A DNA stretch of 33,644 nt from Oscillospiraceae bacterium (GTDB lineage Bacteria; Bacillota; Clostridia; Oscillospirales; Ruminococcaceae). Shown piece by piece: positions 9,625 to 16,180 of the stretch. The position numbers and the translations under genes are program-made. The stretch lies in the NCBI GenBank assembly GCA_051881755.1, contig JBJEQM010000180.1, positions 1 through 33,644 of the forward strand, in the 5' to 3' direction. The notes beneath the pieces were generated by a model. The model saw nothing but the letters and a program-made list of their open reading frames with translations, had not been told where the DNA came from and did not search any database. Numbering within the stretch: the first letter of the stretch is position 1; the number at the start of each line of letters is the position of its first letter.

Positions 9625-11010
9625 TTACTCCTTACCTAAATTATCTAAAAATTTCGATTTTATTATTTCGGTTACTCTGACGGCAAAGTTGTCATCAATA
9701 ACAACAACGTCGCCCTTGGCGATCAGATTACCGTTTACGATAATGTCAACAGGCGCGCCTGCCTGTCTTTCCAGCTCTATAATGGTACCTTGTGTAAATT
9801 CCAGTATCTCCTTGACCTTTTTGGTAGTAGAGCCTATCTCGACGGAAACGTTCAGCGGAACGCCCATGAGCAGCTTAAGGTTATCATTCTGCTCCTGAGA
9901 GAGGGAGCTGTTCTGATATGAAGCGAAATTCTGCAGCTGAACAGGCTGTATATTCATAGCAGGCTGCTGCGGATAACCGCCGTAGGGCTGCTGATACATC
10001 TGCTGGGGCATACCCTGCTGCGGATACATTCCGTAGGGATTCTGCATCATGTTGGGGTCGTAGCCGTACTGCGGCATTGCCCCCGTCATACCCATGTTCG
10101 GCATACCCATGTTCTGATTTGGCATACCCGTATTCTGATTGGGGTATCCTGCGGTCTGCGGCTGCATACCCATGTTCGGCACCGCCGTGTTGGACTGCAT
10201 ATTCTGCGGCGCAGGACTTGGCGCGGGGCTCGGAGCAGGCTCGGGAGCAGCTCCGATATTTCCGCCGTTGAGCAGCGCTTCTATCTCCTCCTGAGTAAGT
10301 GTGCCGCCGCCCGATGAAGCGGTGCTTGGTGCAGGCTCGGGCTCAGGCTCGGGAGCCGGTGCGGACGCTGCTGCGGCTTCATCTGCCGCCGCGGAATATC
10401 CCGCCATCATTTTCTCCGCCATCTCCTTGGCAAGATTAATGGTGAGCACCGATATAAACTCGGAATTGATAACACCGTCAATGGTGAGGTTAAATTTTAC
10501 GCTTACAACATTTTCTTCCGCTTCCGCCTCGTAAAGGCTTGCGGCGTTCTGATACTGGTCGCCTTGTACGATAGCCTCGGGAGTGGAGATATCAACGGTG
10601 GTATCTATGATCTCCGAAAGCGCCGTAGCCGACGAGCCCATCATCTGGTTCATGACCTCGCATACCGCCGAGATATTCATTTCATCGAACTGGAAATCGT
10701 CCGTGACCTCCAAAGGAAGTCCCATCAGCTGGTCGAGAATAAGCTGAACGTCGTTCTGCTTGAGAACAAGCACATTCTGACCCTGAACGCCCTGTATGTA
10801 CTTGATCCTTACCATAATGGAAGGCTCAAGCTCGGGGAAGGAAAGATCCTTTGCCTTGACGATGGAGACCATAGGCGTCGTGATCCATACCTTGGCAGAA
10901 AGCATATTGGAAACGGCTGTGGCGGCGGAGCCCATGGTGATGTTCATTATCTCACCGATGGCGTCCATCTCGACTTCGCCGAAGCCGTCAATATATTTTT
11001 CATCGCTCAT
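9625..11010 (-). CDS. fliY: Flagellar motor switch phosphatase FliY (CheC-like domain, long low-complexity linker, FliN/SpoA domain)
   Basis: 461 aa. The N-terminal half has two CheC-type E-x2-N motifs (EMDAIGEIMNITMGSAATAVS...TTP and NISAVCEVMNQMMGSSATALS...STP). The C-terminus LLMGVPLNVSVEIGSTTKKVKEILEFTQGTIIELERQAGAPVDIIVNGNLIAKGDVVVIDDNFAVRVTEI is a FliN domain. Residues about 205-360 are low complexity. Confidence 0.88.
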   Translation of the reverse strand: MSDEKYIDGFGEVEMDAIGEIMNITMGSAATAVSNMLSAKVWITTPMVSIVKAKDLSFPELEPSIMVRIKYIQGVQGQNVLVLKQNDVQLILDQLMGLPLEVTDDFQFDEMNISAVCEVMNQMMGSSATALSEIIDTTVDISTPEAIVQGDQYQNAASLYEAEAEENVVSVKFNLTIDGVINSEFISVLTINLAKEMAEKMMAGYSAAADEAAAASAPAPEPEPEPAPSTASSGGGTLTQEEIEALLNGGNIGAAPEPAPSPAPSPAPQNMQSNTAVPNMGMQPQTAGYPNQNTGMPNQNMGMPNMGMTGAMPQYGYDPNMMQNPYGMYPQQGMPQQMYQQPYGGYPQQPAMNIQPVQLQNFASYQNSSLSQEQNDNLKLLMGVPLNVSVEIGSTTKKVKEILEFTQGTIIELERQAGAPVDIIVNGNLIAKGDVVVIDDNFAVRVTEIIKSKFLDNLGKE

Positions 11011-11018
11011 TAGTACTG

Positions 11019-12026
11019 CTACCTCAATTCTTTATATATATTATCAATTTTAACGGCTTTTTTGCTGTTGCTTATGCCGAGCTTTCCGTCGAACCAGACG
11101 TTATCGCCTATTTTAACGGTGACGTTGCTGTCAATAGGCATATTGAGCGGGATAACGTCGCCGGGCTGGAGGGTGAGCACATCGTACAGATCCAGCTCCG
11201 TTTCGCACAGCACGGTATCTATCCTCAGCTCGGATTCCTTGATAGCGTCCATAAGGGACAGCCTGCGCTCCTTTTCGCGCTTGGGGTCAAGCTTTTTGGT
11301 GCTTCTTGACCATCTGTCGCCGAACTTTGCCATCATAGATTCCAGATTAAGCGCCGGTATACAGAACGAGACCGTGTTTTTAACGTCCTTTATCTCCATT
11401 TCAAGCATGACCAGAATAACAACGTCGTCGGGTGAAATAGACTGCATAACGCGGGAGTTTGTCTCGATAGTGGTAAGCACGGGATTAGTCTCAATGTAGC
11501 TACCCCACGGCTCTTTCAGCAGACCCGCCATTTTGCTCAGCACATTTGACATAAGACCTACCTCTATCTCGGTAAAATCCCTGTTCATCTCTATGTAATT
11601 GCCCTCGCCGCCCATAAGGCGGTCCATCATAGCTCCCGTAATGGGGTTTGACAGCTGCATTATGCAGTTTGTTTCAAGCACATCGTCATCGGTAATGCCC
11701 ATGTTTATCATAGCCATCATAACATAATCGGGCAGCGCATTATTGAACTCGTAATAAAGCTGTTCTTCTATCTGAAGCACCTCAACCTTGCAGTAAACGC
11801 GCATAAGACCGGTAAGATAGGAAGAAAGCACACGCGAATAGTTTTCAAAAATACCGTCGATAACTTTAAGCTGTTCCTTGGTGAATTTTTTAGGCATCTT
11901 AAAGTCATAATTCTTGATCTTTTTTTCGCTGGCCTGCTCCTCGATCTCGTCCAATGCCTTAGCGCCCTCTGTGGAAAAGCTGTTCAGCAGCGCGTCGATC
12001 TGGCTTTGCGACAAAACGTCAGCCAT
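11019..12026 (-). CDS. fliM: Flagellar motor switch protein FliM
   Basis: 335 aa. The N-terminal CheY-P binding peptide is LSQSQIDALL. A CheC-like middle domain and a C-terminal SpoA-type domain (GDVIPLNMPIDSNVTVKIGDNVWFDGKLG) follow. Confidence 0.9.
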   Translation of the reverse strand: MADVLSQSQIDALLNSFSTEGAKALDEIEEQASEKKIKNYDFKMPKKFTKEQLKVIDGIFENYSRVLSSYLTGLMRVYCKVEVLQIEEQLYYEFNNALPDYVMMAMINMGITDDDVLETNCIMQLSNPITGAMMDRLMGGEGNYIEMNRDFTEIEVGLMSNVLSKMAGLLKEPWGSYIETNPVLTTIETNSRVMQSISPDDVVILVMLEMEIKDVKNTVSFCIPALNLESMMAKFGDRWSRSTKKLDPKREKERRLSLMDAIKESELRIDTVLCETELDLYDVLTLQPGDVIPLNMPIDSNVTVKIGDNVWFDGKLGISNSKKAVKIDNIYKELR

Positions 12027-12057
12027 ATATATAAACCATTCCTTTCAAACAGCGGTG

Positions 12058-13017
12058 CTATTCGGCGGCTCCGCTGTCTCTGTGCATATCCGCAATAGCG
12101 TCATCCTTGGAAACGTAGATCCTGTCGGGATCGTTTCTGTTATCGTCCGAAGCCGCCTCCGCGGCAGTCTCCACCGAAGCGCCGTCGGCAGAAATATCGC
12201 CGTGACCCTCCGCGTCGGTATATGTAACGAAATTCTTGCCAAATTCCAGCTCCATAAGCTCCCGGATAACATCCGAGTCGGTAAAGTCCACATCGTTTCG
12301 TATAAATACGATCTCAACACGCCTGTTCTGACGGCGTCCCTCCTCGGTATCGTTGCTTTCGATAGGTCTGTTTTTGCCGTAGCCTGCGGAGGAGAACTTA
12401 TCCGACTCACAGGCGTCCAGCCCTATCATATAGTTTATGACCGCGTTGGCGCGTCCCGACGAAAGATCCCATTCGTTCACTTCGGAGGAGGCGCTGGCGG
12501 CGGTAAAACCGCTTACCTTTATAGCGAGAACTCTCTCGTTGACGGCTCTGATGCCGTCGGAAATGATATCAAGTATGTATTTTCCCTCGTCCAGCAGCAC
12601 GTCGCTGTCGCCTGCGAAGAAAACATTATCGCGGAATTTCATATAAACGCCCGTATCGGAAAGCTCTACGCTGACGCTTTCCTCCAGGTTATTGGTGGCA
12701 ACGACCTCTTTAAGATACATGAAGAAGTCCTCAAAATCCACTATCTGAGCGGTTTCCTCGGGAACCTCGGGAACGCTGTCGTCATAAACTGCCGTGGGGT
12801 CGTTAGTCGGATCGGGCTCGCCCACTACCTGCACCTTAGTCTCGGATATCTTGCCCTTTGAAAATGCCTCAGCGATATACTGCCACTTTGAAGAGTCCAT
12901 GGACGACATTGAGTACAGCAATACGAAGAAGGTCAGTACCAGCGTTATCATATCGCCGTAAGTATCCATCCAGTTAGCGCCGCCCTCTTCGTCGGAGCCT
13001 CCGCGTTTTCTTGCCAC
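12058..13017 (-). CDS. motB: Flagellar stator protein MotB (OmpA-like C-terminal domain plus acidic tail)
   Basis: The TM segment with the conserved Asp is YGDMITLVLTFFVLL. The OmpA-like motif is GYGKNRPIESNDTEEGRRQNRRVEIVF. The ORF track starts at GTG 13026. I prefer the in-frame GTG at 13017, which sits 6 nt after GAGGTG. Confidence 0.85.
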   Translation of the reverse strand: MARKRGGSDEEGGANWMDTYGDMITLVLTFFVLLYSMSSMDSSKWQYIAEAFSKGKISETKVQVVGEPDPTNDPTAVYDDSVPEVPEETAQIVDFEDFFMYLKEVVATNNLEESVSVELSDTGVYMKFRDNVFFAGDSDVLLDEGKYILDIISDGIRAVNERVLAIKVSGFTAASASSEVNEWDLSSGRANAVINYMIGLDACESDKFSSAGYGKNRPIESNDTEEGRRQNRRVEIVFIRNDVDFTDSDVIRELMELEFGKNFVTYTDAEGHGDISADGASVETAAEAASDDNRNDPDRIYVSKDDAIADMHRDSGAAE

Positions 13018-13070
13018 AGTGATCACCTCACAAAGACCAAACTGATCTGTTCATAAAATCCTGTCTAAAC

Positions 13071-13099
13071 ATTATAACATATTTTTATCTTACTTTCCA
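13071..13099 (-). promoter_or_regulatory. Candidate internal sigma-A promoter with extended -10, inside the motA-motB spacer
   Basis: The minus strand reads TGGAAA - 17 nt - (TGT)TATAAT. The -10 is at 13071-13076, the TG extension at 13077-13079 and the -35 at 13094-13099. The region is AT-rich, so a chance match is possible. Confidence 0.3.
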
Positions 13100-13223
13100 T
13101 AGTTTTATAAAATTTCTGCCGAAAAGCAATAAAAATTGAAGAAAAATTATTGAATATTACCAAAGAAATAAGAATCATATTAACAATTATTGCAATATGC
13201 AACAAACATATTTTGAATATAAA

Positions 13224-14021
13224 CTATTCCTCGGCAGAGCCGCCGCCCTTTTTCTTGCTCTTGGCGGTAGCGGGGAGCATCATGCGGAGCTTTTCCTCGA
13301 CGTAACGGGGATTTGCGCCCGAAGCGATAGCCAGCGTGCCCTCCTCGATTATCTGGAGACAGAGCATTTCCTGATTATGGTTATATTTACAAAGGTTGCC
13401 GATAGGCGTAAAGATAAGGTGCGCCAGAATACAGCCGTAGAACGTCGTGATAAGGGCGGTGGACATACTCATGCCCAAGCTTGCCGCCGAGTCTGAGTTT
13501 GTAGGGTCCAGAGTCGCCAGCATATTTACCAGACCTACCAGCGTACCGACCATACCCATTGCAGGCGCGATGCCTGCGCCCTTTGACCACAGCGCAAAGT
13601 TGCTTTCATGTCTCTCGCACATAAAATCGATGGAATCGTCCAGCATGGACTTAACCTTTTCCGAGTCGTTTGCGTCAACGATAAGCATAAGCGCCGACTT
13701 CATGAACGGGTCGGTGCAGGCGTTGGCGCTCTCTTCCAGAGCGAGGATACCGTTCATACGGGCTGTCTTGCAGTGATCCACCATTTCCGTGATATATTTT
13801 TCGGGGTCGTACTTTTTAGGCATAAATGCTATCTTGAGCATCTTTGGCACCGTTTTCAGCACCGACAGCGGAAAGTTGAATATAACAGCGCCGATAGTAC
13901 CGCCCAAAACGATAAAAACGGACGCCGGATCAATAAAGTTTGATATCTGACCGCCGCTCATGATACCGTAAACAATAAGCGCAAAGGCAAGAATAAGACC
14001 GATCAATCCTGAAATGTTCAT
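13224..14021 (-). CDS. motA: Flagellar stator protein MotA
   Basis: 265 aa in the MotA/TolQ/ExbB channel family, with 4 TM segments. The conserved C-terminal TM pair contains GIAPAMGMVGTLVGLVNML. It follows flbD, as in clostridial and spirochaetal loci. Confidence 0.88.
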   Translation of the reverse strand: MNISGLIGLILAFALIVYGIMSGGQISNFIDPASVFIVLGGTIGAVIFNFPLSVLKTVPKMLKIAFMPKKYDPEKYITEMVDHCKTARMNGILALEESANACTDPFMKSALMLIVDANDSEKVKSMLDDSIDFMCERHESNFALWSKGAGIAPAMGMVGTLVGLVNMLATLDPTNSDSAASLGMSMSTALITTFYGCILAHLIFTPIGNLCKYNHNQEMLCLQIIEEGTLAIASGANPRYVEEKLRMMLPATAKSKKKGGGSAEE

Positions 14022-14154
14022 AAGAAAATTCCTCCGGTTGTAAAATCATTTACATCAACGAGTCAATCGGTGATGTTTTTATGCTATCCTCCCGCCCCAC
14101 CGTATGCCCATAGAGCCGGAGGACAGCATACTGTATAAAAAGCTGCTGTATATG

Positions 14155-14370
14155 TTACTCTGTAATATTTTCCGGTATATTGCCCGTCTCGGCTGCGCAC
14201 AGCCTGCGGAAAGCGGCGGACTTGCCGATTATTTCCTCCACGCTCTCCTTGACAAGATACCTGTGACCGTTCTGCATGGTTACCACGGTATCGGGAGTCT
14301 CCTCGGCTGTCTCAATGAAATTTTCGTTGAGCATAAGCTCTGTGCCGTTAAATCTTGTAAGAACGATCAT
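14155..14370 (-). CDS. flbD: Flagellar protein FlbD
   Basis: MIVLTRFNGTELMLNENFIETAEETPDTVVTMQNGHRYLVKESVEEII is typical of FlbD. The start is set at ATG 14370 (AAGGAG 7 nt upstream), not the longer ORF-track start at 14412. Confidence 0.85.
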   Translation of the reverse strand: MIVLTRFNGTELMLNENFIETAEETPDTVVTMQNGHRYLVKESVEEIIGKSAAFRRLCAAETGNIPENITE

Positions 14371-14443
14371 AATATACTCCTTTTGTATATGCCGCCGTCC
14401 GCGCCGCCCCATTTAAGAAGCGGCGCAATACAGCGGGATAAAA

Positions 14444-15628
14444 TTATCTCTTAAGGTTTACAAGCTCCTCCAGCATGGAATCGGAGGTGGTAATGATTCT
14501 TGCGTTTGCCTGGAAGCCTCTCTGTGTAACGATCATGTCGGAAAATTCATTGGCAAGGTTTACGTTGGACATTTCCAGTCTCTTGGAAATTGTAGTGGCA
14601 GCGCCCTGGTCTCCGGGCTTTCTTACCTTGCCTGCGCCGGAAGCCGCAGACTCGGAGAACGATGTTTCTCCCGCCTCAACAAGACCCTCGGGGTTGTCGA
14701 AAACGGTTACCTCGATACGTGCGATAGCCTTGAGCTGGTTGTTGTATGTAACGGTGATAACGCCGTCGGCACCGATATCGAAAGCGGCAAGGTCGGAATA
14801 TGTGAACTCGCCGATGACAGCTCCCTCGGGCACATCGGCAGGAGCGCCGGCGGCGCTGGGCTCGTATTCGATAGGCTCTCCGCTGTCATCGCGGATAGGC
14901 TCGCCCTTAAGGTTGCAGAGCACGGGATCCTCCGCTGTGAGATTGCCATCATCGTCTACCTCGTAGGTCTGATATGTGTAAAGCACGCCGTTTTCGGGGT
15001 CGCTGAAAATATTGTAAGCCCTCTGGATAAGCTCGTTTACATTGATGGTGTTGCCGTAGGTATAGTCTCCTGAAGTAACCTTTCCGTCGCCGTTGTTATC
15101 GCCCAGCTCGACCATCTGCAAAGCCTTTGCGCTGGCGTCGCCCACCTTGATCAGACCGTCAATGGAATTGCAGGAACCCAAAACAAAGCGGTTGGTAGTT
15201 GTAACCAGATTTCCGACGCTGTCCAGACCAAAGTTGCCCATTCTTGTGTATGTAATGGAGTCGGGGCTGGTGGTGTCGGCAGGGAGAGAGCCGTCGGGAT
15301 TGGTGGAGAAGTTAGCCGTAGCAAAGAAGCCGTCGCCGCTGAGAGCGATATCCAGCGTTCTGTTGGTGGACTGGAAAGAAGACTGAGACATATCTCTGTC
15401 GATGGAGGCTACCTGATTACCGTAACCTACCGCCGAAGCGTTATTTCCGGCGAAAGTAGCCGTACCGGCTGTCTCCGTCCTCATGGACTGATAATAAATA
15501 TCGCTGAAAGTAGTTCTTGATGATTTAAAGCCGTATGTGTTAACGTTGGCGATGTTGTTGCCTATAACGTCCATTCTGGTCTGGTGCGTTGTAAGACCCG
15601 CAACGCCCGAATAAAGTGATCTGATCAT
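14444..15628 (-). CDS. flgE: Flagellar hook protein FlgE
   Basis: 394 aa. The N-terminus is MIRSLYSGVAGLTTHQTRMDVIGNNIANVNTYGFK. The C-terminus is EFSDMIVTQRGFQANARIITTSDSMLEELVNLKR. AAGGAG lies upstream of the ATG. Confidence 0.92.
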   Translation of the reverse strand: MIRSLYSGVAGLTTHQTRMDVIGNNIANVNTYGFKSSRTTFSDIYYQSMRTETAGTATFAGNNASAVGYGNQVASIDRDMSQSSFQSTNRTLDIALSGDGFFATANFSTNPDGSLPADTTSPDSITYTRMGNFGLDSVGNLVTTTNRFVLGSCNSIDGLIKVGDASAKALQMVELGDNNGDGKVTSGDYTYGNTINVNELIQRAYNIFSDPENGVLYTYQTYEVDDDGNLTAEDPVLCNLKGEPIRDDSGEPIEYEPSAAGAPADVPEGAVIGEFTYSDLAAFDIGADGVITVTYNNQLKAIARIEVTVFDNPEGLVEAGETSFSESAASGAGKVRKPGDQGAATTISKRLEMSNVNLANEFSDMIVTQRGFQANARIITTSDSMLEELVNLKR

Positions 15629-15736
15629 AGTAAGTAAAACACTCCTTAATAATACTGTTAAGGAAGCGCGTTTCCGTCCGTCTGTCGTTCGGGACGGAGT
15701 GATCTCCGTAAAGGTCCGATCATGTTTTTATGCGCT

Positions 15737-16162
15737 TTACATTATAACAGTGGAATCAATATTTGTAAAAATGCTTCCCTGCATATCGTCCGCCGTAAGA
15801 GTGGTAATGACCTTATTGTTCTTTACGCTGACGATAAACGCCGTAGAATCGATCATAACAAGCGCGTCGCTGCAGCCCTTTTCGTCTGCAAGCTCAACAG
15901 CCTTGTTGAGTCTTTCGAGAGTATTATCGGAATCCAGGTCTATATTCCGTTCCGATATTCTTTCAAGTGCGTGCCGTGAAAAGCTGACGCCCGATCCTTC
16001 GGCGATCCTGTTTTCGGCAAGCTGAGAGCGGAGCTCCTTAGCAAAGCCGCTGTTTTCGGGACTCGGGGCTTTATCCGTATCCTGTTTGGGATAAACGGCT
16101 GTCGTTCCCGTTGTGACCGACAGATTACGCATTTGCAGGTATTCATTGATCAACATCTGCAT
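15737..16162 (-). CDS. Conserved 'flagellar operon protein' of the kind found between flgD and flgE (TIGR02530-like)
   Basis: About 141 aa. The segment VSFSRHALERISERNIDLDSD and the flgD-X-flgE position match the small Firmicute/spirochaete family. The start is set at ATG 16162 (AAGGA upstream). The ORF-track GTG at 16165 is one codon earlier. Confidence 0.65.
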   Translation of the reverse strand: MQMLINEYLQMRNLSVTTGTTAVYPKQDTDKAPSPENSGFAKELRSQLAENRIAEGSGVSFSRHALERISERNIDLDSDNTLERLNKAVELADEKGCSDALVMIDSTAFIVSVKNNKVITTLTADDMQGSIFTNIDSTVIM

Positions 16163-16180
16163 CACCTGTCCTTATAAATT

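Noticed and set aside
11914-12861. 315-aa plus-strand ORF antisense to fliM and motB
   Set aside because: It crosses the fliM/motB intergenic gap on the wrong strand, with no motifs and no SD. It is an antisense artefact. The same reasoning applies to 3989-4744, 4995-5669, 5784-6416, 18308-19129, 22010-22654 and 23692-24507.
13065-13178. 37-codon hydrophobic ORF in the motA-motB spacer, as a real micropeptide gene
   Set aside because: It has no SD within range. AT-rich DNA readily encodes I/F/L/N/K-rich peptides by chance. It is kept only as a note inside the spacer finding and is not listed as a feature.
13197-13496. 99-aa plus-strand ORF starting in the motA-motB spacer
   Set aside because: Most of it runs antisense through the 3' end of motA. 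It has no SD and no recognisable domain.
14371-14412. N-terminal extensions implied by the longest ORFs for flbD (to 14412), flgB (to 25988), fliI (to 21090) and the ComFB-like gene (to 26768)
   Set aside because: In each case an internal ATG with a well-spaced SD gives the conserved family N-terminus. The extensions start at weak or alternative codons without an SD.
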